A stretch of 64,000 bases of DNA. It comes from an uncultured Candidatus Saccharibacteria bacterium. Lineage in GTDB: Bacteria > Patescibacteriota > Saccharimonadia > CAZBQI01. The notes beneath the pieces are model-generated. The model saw only the letters and a program-made list of their open reading frames with translations. It made no database searches and was not told the DNA's origin. The stretch is from assembly GCA_964494105.1 (NCBI GenBank), contig CAZBQI010000001.1, positions 3,126 to 67,125 on the forward strand. The letters run 5' to 3'. This document shows positions 34,397 to 44,299 of the stretch, in pieces (position 1 is the first letter of the stretch; each line of letters opens with the position of its first letter). Made by a program: the position numbers and the translations under genes.

Positions 34397-35680
34397 ATGA
34401 GTGACTACAAAATAGCTGATATAAAACTTGCAAAATTTGGGCGTGACGAAATAGCTTTGGCCGAGGACGAAATGCCGGGCTTGATGTCGTTACGACGTGA
34501 ATTCGGCAAGTCAAAGCCGCTCAAAGGAGCGCGCATAACCGGTTCAATTCATATGACCGTCCAGACAGCCGTACTAGTAGAGACCCTACAAGCGCTGGGT
34601 GCCGAAGTTCGCTGGAGTTCGTGCAATATATTTTCGACCCAAGACCACGCAGCCGCGGCACTGGCCAAGGCAGGTACGCCGGTTTTTGCCTGGAAGGGTG
34701 AGAGCGAAGAGGAATATTGGTGGTGTATCGATCAAACCTTGAAGTTCAAAGACGGGCCAAATTTGCTGCTTGATGACGGCGGTGACCTGACGGCACGAGT
34801 GCACGATAAATTCCCCAAACTAATTCCTAGCCTGCGGGGTGTTAGCGAGGAGACCACCACCGGGGTCAAGCAATTAACCAAATGGGTGCGCGACGGCACA
34901 CTCAAGATCCCGGCTATTAATGTAAATGATTCTGTAACGAAATCTAAATTTGACAACCTCTACGGTTGCCGTGAGTCGCTGGTGGATGGCATTAAACGCG
35001 CCACCGATATAATGCTAGCGGGTAAAGTGGTGCTGGTGGCAGGCTTTGGCGACGTGGGCAAAGGTAGCGCTGCTAGTTTGCGTTCGTATGGCGCGCGCGT
35101 ATTGGTAAGCGAAGTTGACCCGATTTGTGCTTTACAGGCGCTGATGGAAGGCTATGAGGTGGTTACTATGGACGAGGCCGCTGCTAGAGCCAATATATTT
35201 GTTACAGCTACTGGCAATCGCGACATTATTACGCTAGAGCATATGAAACAAATGCCAAATGGCGCAATTGTCTGTAACATTGGCCATTTTGATACCGAAA
35301 TTCAGGTAAATGAGCTAAATAAAGCCAAAGGCGTAAGGCGAGAAACCATTAAACCCTTGGTAGATAAATATACTTTCCCAAGTGGCAAATCAATTGTACT
35401 TTTAAGCGAGGGGCGACTAGTAAACCTTGGTAATGCCACCGGCCACCCCAGCTTTGTTATGAGCAATTCGTTTAGTAACCAAGTTCTGGCGCAAATTGAA
35501 CTATTTACCAAGCACTACTCTATCGGCGTACACCGCTTAAGCAAGAAACTGGACGAGAAAGTGGCTGCTATTCATGTCGAGGCGTTGGGGGCGAAGCTCA
35601 CCAAACTAAGCAGTGACCAGGCCGAATACCTGGGTGTTGATCCGGATGGACCGTACAAAGCCGATCATTATAGGTACTAA
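34397..35680 (+). CDS. ahcY: Adenosylhomocysteinase (S-adenosyl-L-homocysteine hydrolase)
   Basis: [31 protein letters not shown]-terminus; NAD-binding [10 protein letters not shown]; ~427 aa; start set at MSDYK (ATG 34397) inside the ORF-track frame. Confidence 0.9.
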   Translation: MSDYKIADIKLAKFGRDEIALAEDEMPGLMSLRREFGKSKPLKGARITGSIHMTVQTAVLVETLQALGAEVRWSSCNIFSTQDHAAAALAKAGTPVFAWKGESEEEYWWCIDQTLKFKDGPNLLLDDGGDLTARVHDKFPKLIPSLRGVSEETTTGVKQLTKWVRDGTLKIPAINVNDSVTKSKFDNLYGCRESLVDGIKRATDIMLAGKVVLVAGFGDVGKGSAASLRSYGARVLVSEVDPICALQALMEGYEVVTMDEAAARANIFVTATGNRDIITLEHMKQMPNGAIVCNIGHFDTEIQVNELNKAKGVRRETIKPLVDKYTFPSGKSIVLLSEGRLVNLGNATGHPSFVMSNSFSNQVLAQIELFTKHYSIGVHRLSKKLDEKVAAIHVEALGAKLTKLSSDQAEYLGVDPDGPYKADHYRY

Positions 35681-36447
35681 GCCGTAGCTGCAGTTAGTGC
35701 ATCACTAGCTTCATGCATCAGGTGGTCGTACTGATCGGGTTGCAGTCTCTTTTGCTCAATTAAGCCCTGCACCATGTTTTCTACGGGCTCATTACCGATT
35801 GCTAGCTGTATGCCGGGTGTTACTTTTTGTCCAGTAATAGCGGCTTCTACTGTTAGTACGGGTAAGAGCGCATGGGCTTTATCTACCACAGGGTAAAATG
35901 TTCCATTAGCTAGATTAATGCCTGCCGTGTCGGCTGAAGCGATGTCGCATTTTATATCCCCTGCCTCGAATTGCTCAAAACTAACACGTGGCAATAGTAA
36001 TCCATCAGAGTGATCGCCAGTTAAATATAGTCCAAATGTATTTTCACCCTTTTCATTAGGACCAATAATCCCAAAAACTGTGTCTGTTGCTCTTAAAGCT
36101 TGATCGGCGGTAATTAAGTTTGCCCTAAGCACATGGACTCGTTCAGCATATTCCCGGTGTAGCTTCTGTGATGGATCGTGTCGCATATTGCCAACAAATC
36201 TCATGCTTGGAACCTGCCTTAAAGCAACCAACGTGGCAGCTCTATTAAGTGCAGCATTTGGCCCCTCAAAATGGCTAAGCCTATCTTGCAATTCATCAAA
36301 AATGCTGCGAGCGTTATCTGATAGCTCCCAGCGAGTATATGTTGTAGCTTCTGCACGGGGTACCCAGATGCTTTGCAACTCATTGGGCGCTATAAATTCT
36401 GGCATCCATTCATAGTATGTAGCAGGGTCGTTATCGTTATTTATCAT
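35677..36447 (-). CDS. Hypothetical protein (start probably at internal MINNDND)
   Basis: Long ORF, no recognisable motifs. Confidence 0.4.
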   Translation of the reverse strand: MINNDNDPATYYEWMPEFIAPNELQSIWVPRAEATTYTRWELSDNARSIFDELQDRLSHFEGPNAALNRAATLVALRQVPSMRFVGNMRHDPSQKLHREYAERVHVLRANLITADQALRATDTVFGIIGPNEKGENTFGLYLTGDHSDGLLLPRVSFEQFEAGDIKCDIASADTAGINLANGTFYPVVDKAHALLPVLTVEAAITGQKVTPGIQLAIGNEPVENMVQGLIEQKRLQPDQYDHLMHEASDALTAATA

Positions 36448-36493
36448 CAAACTTATAGTGACATAATATGATAAGAAAGTCAAAACATGTATA

Positions 36494-36907
36494 ATGAGTT
36501 TTATGGATAAAAAAGACTGTATTTTTTGCCAAGTTGTCACTGGCACTAACCCGACAAACAAAGTTTACGAAGACGACGACGTGTTGGCATTTTTAGATAT
36601 TCACCCTGTTAATCCCGGTCATACACTGGTTATTCCCAAGGAGCACACAGAATTTTTCGAAGACATGGGTGGCGAACGCTACCAGCACGTGATGAACGTG
36701 GTGCACATGATGGCCCGAAAAATTAAAACGGAACTTAAGCCCGCCAGAGTAGGCCTAATGATTTGGGGTTTTGAAGTCCCCCACACTCACATTCACGTAG
36801 TACCCCTCAATAAAGCCGAAGATTTTGGCATGAACCGTAAGCCCGGCTATGAAGCTAGCGACGAAGAGCTGAAGGCTATAAAAGCTAAACTAGACCAAAC
36901 CGCTTAA
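36494..36907 (+). CDS. HIT (histidine triad) family nucleotide hydrolase/transferase
   Basis: 137 aa; DIHPVNPGHTLVIPKEH and HTHIHVVP (HxHxHxx) motif. Confidence 0.85.
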   Translation: MSFMDKKDCIFCQVVTGTNPTNKVYEDDDVLAFLDIHPVNPGHTLVIPKEHTEFFEDMGGERYQHVMNVVHMMARKIKTELKPARVGLMIWGFEVPHTHIHVVPLNKAEDFGMNRKPGYEASDEELKAIKAKLDQTA

Positions 36908-36960
36908 CCTTGCATTTTCTATTAAAAAGGTAAATACTACCTCGAGAAAGAGGCAACATA

Positions 36961-37587
36961 GTGGTATCTCGATTGAGCAGAACTAATGAAACTAGCGGAA
37001 ATAGCGGTGGTGAACACGAGCAGGCATCTGTGGGTGATGTTGCTTTTATGGGGCGCATGTTGGCACACGGCGTAGGTTTAGTTGTGCGTGAAACAATTAA
37101 ATCAATGCGTGATGAAATGAGAGCTGCGCCATATGCCCCACCAAATGGCACATTAGCCGAAAGAGCTAGGCGGGCTAGCGGTTTTGTACTCTGGGCAATA
37201 GATGGCACAAGACCACCTCAAGCAAGCGAATTGCGGGCATTACATGACGAAGAAAAAGCCGGTGAAGCCTACCGACAGCTTACTGCTGTATTAAGTAGCG
37301 TGATCGACGAAGGTATTGAAGGTGAGATTGACTTAGAAACCCGCAATGGAATGATTTTAAATCGAAATGAAGGTGAAACATCGCTTAGATACGATGCAAT
37401 TCGTCCCGGTGGCGATTATTATGTTGTTTTGAGCCTCTACCCCGAAGTTGATGGCACATCACAACTGCCCGACATTTCATATGTATATCGCGATGGTCAG
37501 AGTTCGAGTCCACCCGAACCTGCATCAGCTGGTCAGATAAATGTTTTTGCCCGCGAACTGAACAGCTCGACACTAATAAATTCCTAG
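36961..37587 (+). CDS. Hypothetical protein
   Basis: 208-aa ORF, no recognisable motifs. Confidence 0.4.
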   Translation: MVSRLSRTNETSGNSGGEHEQASVGDVAFMGRMLAHGVGLVVRETIKSMRDEMRAAPYAPPNGTLAERARRASGFVLWAIDGTRPPQASELRALHDEEKAGEAYRQLTAVLSSVIDEGIEGEIDLETRNGMILNRNEGETSLRYDAIRPGGDYYVVLSLYPEVDGTSQLPDISYVYRDGQSSSPPEPASAGQINVFARELNSSTLINS

Positions 37588-37621
37588 CAATTTCTTACTA
37601 GTAAAGTTATACTAGTAATTA

Positions 37622-38473
37622 GTGGGTAGTCTTGAGGCAAAACAAATATCTAATAAACTGCGTGGTTTGCGCGAAGGCTTGGGTTTAACCCAACAGGACG
37701 TTGCTGCCAAAGCCGGTGTATCGCTCTCGACATACACAAAAATAGAAGAAGGAACCACCAAGCGTCCATCGGCTACGGTACTTTTTAAGCTGGCTGGGGC
37801 GCTAGGGGTAAGCATCGATAGCTTACTAACAAATGCGCCAGTTGTTGCGACCCCTGTTATTAAGCCTAAGATTAGTTTTGTTTACTTTGATATTGGTGGG
37901 GTTCTGGTTCATACAGAGTCTAGTTTTTTACAGCCACTAAGTTTACGTTTGAATCGTCCGCTCGATCACGTCCGTCAGGTTTATCATACTTACATGCGGG
38001 TGGCGTGCAGAGGAATGCTATCACTCGAAGACCTGCAGTGGCTACTAATTTTAAGACTAAATGTTCGCTACCGTGCCGAAAAGCGCCGGAAGTTATTTAA
38101 GCACTGGGTAGATGATATGAAACCCGCAACCGAAGCCCAGCAATTGGCTACAGAGGTTGCGAATAGTTATCCGGTAGGTTTATTAACCGACACAGTTGAT
38201 GGCTGGGTCGAGCAAATGCGAGATAAGGGTATACTGCCGGAGCTACCCTGGAAGGTAACTATTAAGTCAAACGAAATTGGCTTTCTAAAGCCAGAAAAAG
38301 AAGTTTTCGAAATTGCTACAAAGAAAGCCAACGTGCCACCGAATGAAATACTATTCATTGATGATCGGAAGCAAAATGTGCGTGGCGCGAGGGAGTTTGG
38401 GTGGCAGGCAGAATGGTATAACGAGCTCAATCAGAATGCATCGGTGGCTCGGATAAAGCGAAAATATTTCTAG
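37622..38473 (+). CDS. Fusion of an N-terminal XRE-family helix-turn-helix domain with a C-terminal HAD-like hydrolase domain
   Basis: LRGLREGLGLTQQDVAAKAGVSLSTYTKIEEG (HTH_3); C-terminal VYFDIGGVL..FIDDRKQNVRGAREFGW (HAD motifs I and IV-like). Confidence 0.6.
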   Translation: MGSLEAKQISNKLRGLREGLGLTQQDVAAKAGVSLSTYTKIEEGTTKRPSATVLFKLAGALGVSIDSLLTNAPVVATPVIKPKISFVYFDIGGVLVHTESSFLQPLSLRLNRPLDHVRQVYHTYMRVACRGMLSLEDLQWLLILRLNVRYRAEKRRKLFKHWVDDMKPATEAQQLATEVANSYPVGLLTDTVDGWVEQMRDKGILPELPWKVTIKSNEIGFLKPEKEVFEIATKKANVPPNEILFIDDRKQNVRGAREFGWQAEWYNELNQNASVARIKRKYF

Positions 38474-41025
38474 TTCTTAAACTGTAAGAGCTGACGTTCT
38501 AGGGTGGTTTGTTTGGCTTTAGCCTTGTCTAGCATTTGTTTGGTTTCTTCGACAACTGCTTTCGGTGCGTTTTCGGTATAGCCACGATTTGATAGCTTTT
38601 TGTCTAAGCTCTTTATTTGCATACCGACCGATTTACTCTGGTCTAATAGTTTTGTCTGATAGTCTGTAAGTGTTGTGCGGTCTACTCCTAGCCAGATTGG
38701 TAAATTTACGGACGTTAGCTGTAGCCCACTCCCGTTATCTACGCTCTTAACTGCACTTGCACCGCTAAGGCGTTGGATTATTTCACTGTTGTCGTTTACC
38801 AAACTGATACTACTGTGATAAAGGGCAACATCAGTTAGCTCTAAATCGCGTTTGAGTGAGCGGGTTTCTTTAACAATGGATTGTATTTGATCAAAATCTG
38901 CCACCAGGTTACGGGCGGTTCGGGGCAGTTCATCAAAATCGGGCCAAGGCGTAGTTATTAACTGTGTATTATCGGACATTTGCTGCCATATAACCTCTGT
39001 TACAAAAGGCACAAATGGGTGAGCTAATTTCAGAATGGTTTGCAGTCCAAACAACAGCATTTCCTGATTTTTGCTGACTTTGTTTGCCTCAATATACCAG
39101 TCGGCAAAGTCGTCCCACAGTACGTGATAAACCAAGTACGTGGCCTCGTTTATGCGATAGCCATTTAGCTTGGCGGTAATCGATTTAGTAGTTTTGTTGA
39201 GCTGGCTATATAACCAGGCATCGGCAGCTGATTTTATCGTAGGATTCGGTCGAGCATTTTCGGCATTATCCAGCACATAGCGGGCGACATTCCATAGCTT
39301 GTTGCAAAAGTTTCGTTGCGCCATAATGTTAGCCTCGCTCAGAGGTGAATCGTTACCCGGTGTGTTGGTAATGGCGCCGGCCATGCGTAAGGCGTCGGTA
39401 CCGTATTTGGCTGTCATCTCGAGTGGATCAAGCACATTACCTTTACTTTTACTCATTTTCTTGCCGTGCGGGTCGGTAACTAGCCCCCAAAGATAGACGT
39501 TTTTAAACGGAATCTCCCCTGTTTTGTACAAGCCAAACATTACCATCCGCGTTACCCATTTGTGCAAAATTTCGCGGGCAGTACCCATTAGAGTGGTCGG
39601 GTAAAATGTGTCAAAATCTCCGGTTGTCATTAGCGTTGCAAATGGCCACTGACCGCTAGAAAACCAGGTGTCAAAGGTGTCGGTTTCTAAGCGGTATTTC
39701 CCCTCTCCGTAATAAGCTTTTGCTTCGTCTTCGGTGGTTGCGATAATGAAGGTTTTCTTGCCGGGCGTTTTAGCTTTGGCGTAATAAACAGGCATTCTTA
39801 TGCCGTACCAGTTTTGGCGACTAATACACCAATCGTGCTCTTGCTCGAGCCAGTTCAGGGCAATTTTGCGAAAGTTTCGTGGGAACATCGTAATGGTCTC
39901 GGACTTAAATGCTTCGATTACTCCCCTGTTGAGTTCTTTTATTCGTAAAAACCACTGCCGACTAATCTGCGGTTCTACTACCGTGCCACAACGATCATGT
40001 ACAGCCACATTGTGAGTGTATTTTTCATCAATCTTTACTAGTAAACCTTTACTCTTTAGTTTTTCGGCAACTTTAATACGAGCATCGGAAATATGCATAC
40101 CGGCGTATTCCCGGGCGATAGGTAGCAACTTGCCTGTCTTATCAATAATTTGTTCTTTATCAAGCTGGTGGCGTTCGGCGATGTCAAAATCAACCGGGTC
40201 ATGCCAAGGGGTAATTGTCATGGCGCCGGTGCCAAACTCGCGGTCGATAGCGTCGTCTTTTATCAGGGTAGCTTTGACTTTGCCATTTATCCATTCGGCT
40301 TCGAATGCATCGCCATCTTTAAATTGTGCGTAGCGCTTGTCGGCCGGGTGAACAACCACGTATTTATCGCCAAATTTAGTTTCGGGCCGGGCAGTTCCGA
40401 TTTGAAAAGGACCGTACTGAAAGGTGTAAAACGGAATGGTTTCCTCGCGGTGTTCGATTTCAATATCAGCAAAACTACTTTCGCAATTAGGACACCAATT
40501 TACAATGCGATTACCCCTGTAGATGTGCCCGTCTTTGTGTAGCTGGGCAAACGTTTCATAAACAATTTTTATAATGTCGTCATCGAGTGTAAATTTTAGC
40601 CTATTCCAGTCGGCGCTAAAGCCCATTTGTTTAAATTGACTTAGAATTGTCCCCTGCTGACTAACAGTAAATTCTAGTACTTGTTTGTAAAAATCCTCTT
40701 GGCCAAGATCAAAACGGGTCTTTCCCTGAGGCGCTAAGACATCGCGCTCGTAAACAAACTGAGTTTCTATTCCTGCATGGTCGGTGCCAGGAAACCAGAG
40801 GGTTGGGTGGCCCTGCATACGGCGGTAGCGAATAATAATGTCCTCGAGTGTGTAGCCCACGGCGTGGCCGGCGTGCAGTTTTCCGTTGGCATTTGGCGGA
40901 GGCATAACAATCGTAAACGGCTCTTTGTTGCCTCGCTCAACAGGGACAAAGCTATTGGATTTTTCCCACAGCTTATATACATCGGCCTCATAGCGAGCAG
41001 GTTCATAGTTCTTAGGGAGTTTCAC
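38470..41025 (-). CDS. valS: Valine--tRNA ligase
   Basis: 851 aa; class I HIGH region PPPNANGKLHAGHA; KMSKS as KMSKSKGN; C-terminal coiled coil typical of ValRS. Confidence 0.85.
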   Translation of the reverse strand: MKLPKNYEPARYEADVYKLWEKSNSFVPVERGNKEPFTIVMPPPNANGKLHAGHAVGYTLEDIIIRYRRMQGHPTLWFPGTDHAGIETQFVYERDVLAPQGKTRFDLGQEDFYKQVLEFTVSQQGTILSQFKQMGFSADWNRLKFTLDDDIIKIVYETFAQLHKDGHIYRGNRIVNWCPNCESSFADIEIEHREETIPFYTFQYGPFQIGTARPETKFGDKYVVVHPADKRYAQFKDGDAFEAEWINGKVKATLIKDDAIDREFGTGAMTITPWHDPVDFDIAERHQLDKEQIIDKTGKLLPIAREYAGMHISDARIKVAEKLKSKGLLVKIDEKYTHNVAVHDRCGTVVEPQISRQWFLRIKELNRGVIEAFKSETITMFPRNFRKIALNWLEQEHDWCISRQNWYGIRMPVYYAKAKTPGKKTFIIATTEDEAKAYYGEGKYRLETDTFDTWFSSGQWPFATLMTTGDFDTFYPTTLMGTAREILHKWVTRMVMFGLYKTGEIPFKNVYLWGLVTDPHGKKMSKSKGNVLDPLEMTAKYGTDALRMAGAITNTPGNDSPLSEANIMAQRNFCNKLWNVARYVLDNAENARPNPTIKSAADAWLYSQLNKTTKSITAKLNGYRINEATYLVYHVLWDDFADWYIEANKVSKNQEMLLFGLQTILKLAHPFVPFVTEVIWQQMSDNTQLITTPWPDFDELPRTARNLVADFDQIQSIVKETRSLKRDLELTDVALYHSSISLVNDNSEIIQRLSGASAVKSVDNGSGLQLTSVNLPIWLGVDRTTLTDYQTKLLDQSKSVGMQIKSLDKKLSNRGYTENAPKAVVEETKQMLDKAKAKQTTLERQLLQFKN

Positions 41026-41164
41026 GCCACGGATTCCTCGTTATCATCCCATGATACTACAGGGGCACCAGGCTTTCTAACATAATTAGAACATTCCATA
41101 TGAAATTGTCAAGTCTTTGTGATACTTCATTGACAAAATGACAAAATAGTGACACAATATATTA

Positions 41165-42523
41165 ATGACAGAACTGAGGTTAAATGACCAAGCCGAAGGT
41201 TATTCCCCAATCCAGAAACCGAGTGGTGTGCACGAACCCACACTTGCGGATTTCCCGCCATTAACTGAGCGGGTATATCAACGAGCTGTTAATTTAAAGG
41301 GTTTACTAAGCGAATACCCAGTAAAGAGGGTGACTGTTCAGAAAGATAATGAGTGTGATCTCGCCTGTCCAGGATGCTATGTGGGTCAGTGGATTGAAGC
41401 GGACGGAGCTGTGCGATTAAGTAATCCTCGCAGAAGAACCGATGAGGATACGATACTCGCACAGACTGATTCCTTGCCGGCACTAGAAGAATTCTTTTAT
41501 TTGGGTGCTGAGCCAAGCTTGCGGCCAGCTAATACTGCTTCGCTGCTTGCAGCAGCAGCAAATAGGGGTTTAAGGATAATGTCTGTCACTAATGGACAAG
41601 GCGCAGGGGCAAGAAACGAGACGGCCTTTGGAAAAGCTATTGCCGAACAGGGCATGCATAAACTTAATGTAAGCATTGATTCTCTGGATCCAGATGTAAA
41701 TGACTTTCTAAGGGGCAAAAGCGGTGCGATGGAGCGAACGATTGAAACCATTAAGCAGGGTATAGAAACTGGCTGGCCAATTAAGGCACAAATGACAGTA
41801 TGGGGCGCCAATTATGCGACAATTCTAGACTCAGTTGAGAAGCTCTATGAGATGGGAGTTAGAGGTTTTGCGTTTCACTCTGGTTCAGTAGAGGCAACTG
41901 CGGATTTTCGAGAACGTGGTCTTGAAGTTATCGATCCACTTAGCTGGCGAGCACTTGCCGCAAAATTGATGGAGTTTGCGCATAATCATCAGGGAGAACT
42001 TACCCATTTTAATGTGCCGCTACTGTATCTTGACGAAGACGAACTTGCTACGGTGTTTCAGGATGAAACAATCATGGAAGCATATATGGGACATGTAGAT
42101 GCAGTTGAGACGGGTAGTACTCGGCCACTTCCATTTAAGCTGTGCCCGGCTTTTGGATCTCCAGAAAACCCCGGACCACCGCAAGTTTATGTATATGCAA
42201 ATGACGGTGATGGTGAGATTTCTGTTTGTCAGGTGCATACGGGTGCGACAGGCGCCAAATTTGCAACTTGGGATGACAAACAGGGCGAGTTTCAAGTAAT
42301 AAAGGGTTCAAGAAACCAATTAAAGGTCATGGAGCAATCTCCTCATCTTTGTCCTTCTACCCCGTCAGTTACTGGTGGGGCTGATTCCGATAGAGTTGTA
42401 ACCCAAGCGGGTAATTTATACTATGGCTGTCGGTATTTGAGTAACAATCAACTGCCGAATATAGACTGGACCAGATATTCAGGCTATTACGAACAAGCTC
42501 TCAGTCATTACGAGGGAGAATAA
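41165..42523 (+). CDS. Radical SAM domain protein with a ~250-aa Cys-containing C-terminal extension of unknown function
   Basis: CDLACPGCY (CxxxCxxC); FYLGAEPSL glycine-rich SAM motif; scattered Cys later, no canonical SPASM spacing. Confidence 0.65.
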   Translation: MTELRLNDQAEGYSPIQKPSGVHEPTLADFPPLTERVYQRAVNLKGLLSEYPVKRVTVQKDNECDLACPGCYVGQWIEADGAVRLSNPRRRTDEDTILAQTDSLPALEEFFYLGAEPSLRPANTASLLAAAANRGLRIMSVTNGQGAGARNETAFGKAIAEQGMHKLNVSIDSLDPDVNDFLRGKSGAMERTIETIKQGIETGWPIKAQMTVWGANYATILDSVEKLYEMGVRGFAFHSGSVEATADFRERGLEVIDPLSWRALAAKLMEFAHNHQGELTHFNVPLLYLDEDELATVFQDETIMEAYMGHVDAVETGSTRPLPFKLCPAFGSPENPGPPQVYVYANDGDGEISVCQVHTGATGAKFATWDDKQGEFQVIKGSRNQLKVMEQSPHLCPSTPSVTGGADSDRVVTQAGNLYYGCRYLSNNQLPNIDWTRYSGYYEQALSHYEGE

Positions 42524-42554
42524 AGCGCAAGAAGGGTGCATTCCCCTCGGCAAT

Positions 42555-43619
42555 CTACTTTGTAGGCAAGGCCTCAAGTAGTAGCGGGCTATTGGCTCGC
42601 TTCTGCTGGCTAGCGGATTGGGCTTTGAAATAGCCGAGGGCGGCTACCATAGCGGCATTGTCCGTGCAGAGTTCGGTTGGTGGACATAGTAGATTTACTT
42701 TTTTCCAAGGCCCGGCCTTGGAAAGCGTTTGCAGTGAGGAGTTAAGTTGATGTCTTAATTCTTGGTTAGCAGCTACTCCACCGGCTAGTGCTACCGAGTG
42801 TGGCTGGAACTCCTTGTATGCCTTAAGTGTTTTCGCTACCAATGTATGGACGGCGGCGTGCTGAAAGCTCGCAGCGGTATCATTTATTTGTTTTGCGTTT
42901 AACAATTTAGCAATTTCAGTTGACGGGAAAGTGTAGTCTTTGCCGACCAGTGCTTGCAAATGGCGCAGGACAGCCGTTTTAAGGCCAGAAAAGCTGAATT
43001 CGAGCGTGTTCCCGAGTTTGGCCTCGGGAAAGGCGTAGGCGTGCGCGTTGCCACGCGTAGCGGCTTTTGCAATGGACGGCCCACCCGGGTAGGGAAGCCC
43101 TAGCACTTTGGCAACTTTATCGAAGGCTTCACCCGCGGCGTCGTCACGCGTTTTACCCAATATTTCGTATTTGTCGTGATTGCTATACAGCATAAGCTGG
43201 GTATGACCGCCAGAAACAGTTAGTGAGAGTAGCGGAAATTGTGGCGGTTCGTTCTCTAGCCAGTTCGCATAAGTGTGCGCAACCACATGATCGACGCCAT
43301 AGAGTGGTTTATGCTTTGTGAGTGCTAAAGTTTTAGCTGTCAGCACGCCTATAAGCAGTGAACCCAATAACCCGGGTCGATTACTAACAGCAATGGCGTC
43401 GATGTCATTCCAGGTTAGGTCGGCTCTAGTGATAGCTTTGTCGACAAGGGGCAAAATTACTTCGATGTGCGAGCGAGCTGCTACCTCCGGCACAACTCCC
43501 CCAAATTCGCGGTGGGCATCTATTTGACTAGAAACTACGTTTGATAGGATTCTTTGCCCATCTGCGACTACTGCAACAGCTGTTTCGTCGCAACTGGTTT
43601 CTATACCTAGAACATTCAT
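42555..43619 (-). CDS. tsaD: tRNA N6-adenosine threonylcarbamoyltransferase TsaD (Kae1/Gcp family); start at MNVLGIETS
   Basis: MNVLGIETSCDETAVAVV N-terminus; HxxxH-containing ASKHA fold length; ATG (cat) at 43617-43619. Confidence 0.88.
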   Translation of the reverse strand: MNVLGIETSCDETAVAVVADGQRILSNVVSSQIDAHREFGGVVPEVAARSHIEVILPLVDKAITRADLTWNDIDAIAVSNRPGLLGSLLIGVLTAKTLALTKHKPLYGVDHVVAHTYANWLENEPPQFPLLSLTVSGGHTQLMLYSNHDKYEILGKTRDDAAGEAFDKVAKVLGLPYPGGPSIAKAATRGNAHAYAFPEAKLGNTLEFSFSGLKTAVLRHLQALVGKDYTFPSTEIAKLLNAKQINDTAASFQHAAVHTLVAKTLKAYKEFQPHSVALAGGVAANQELRHQLNSSLQTLSKAGPWKKVNLLCPPTELCTDNAAMVAALGYFKAQSASQQKRANSPLLLEALPTK

Positions 43620-43681
43620 CTCAAAAGAATAGGCGAATGCTAAGCCTTTATAAAATACTAAAAACATGTTATAAAAAGTTT

Positions 43682-44290
43682 ATGAGTATGAACGCCCTGG
43701 CTTACAAAGAACCACTCCCTGATGAAACTTCAGTTGAGCAAGCGTGCGAGATGGTGAATGCGTCGCCAATACATTTGCGAACTGTCAGTGCCGAAACAAT
43801 GAAAACTAGTTACGATAAATTTACGTTGACACTGCCCTTTGACTGTACGGTACTAGGGCATATTAATCAGGAATTTTATGGACCGATAAGGATAATGCAT
43901 CTAATGCGCATAACGGTAAATCACGAGCTGTGGGGCAAAGGTATTGGCCGGCGTTTACTGCGAGCTAGCTTGGCATATGCGCAGGACCAAGGTGCGCAAG
44001 AAGTCCGCTCAACTGTAGCCAGTGCGGCCATGATTAAGCTAAGGGAGGAGGTGTTCGGCGAGAGCATGTCGTTCCATGATGTGCCAGCATTTGGCGAGCG
44101 AAAAATTGAATTGCCCATGTATCCAGATCAAGCAATCGACAGCTTGAACCGAGTGTGGGGTGAAGACGAAGTTGATCTAAGTAATATCCAGGGCCGAAGT
44201 TTCTTTGTTTTGGTTGACATATCTAATTTAGATACAGCTGGCTGGGAGCGACCAGTTTCCCCCATGACAAGTCAGACGTTTTCGGAGTAA
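43682..44290 (+). CDS. GNAT-family N-acetyltransferase (RimI-like by context next to tsaD)
   Basis: ITVNHELWGKGIGRRLLRASLAYA acetyl-CoA binding motif (Q/RxxGxG/A). Confidence 0.6.
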   Translation: MSMNALAYKEPLPDETSVEQACEMVNASPIHLRTVSAETMKTSYDKFTLTLPFDCTVLGHINQEFYGPIRIMHLMRITVNHELWGKGIGRRLLRASLAYAQDQGAQEVRSTVASAAMIKLREEVFGESMSFHDVPAFGERKIELPMYPDQAIDSLNRVWGEDEVDLSNIQGRSFFVLVDISNLDTAGWERPVSPMTSQTFSE

Positions 44291-44299
44291 TATTGATGC

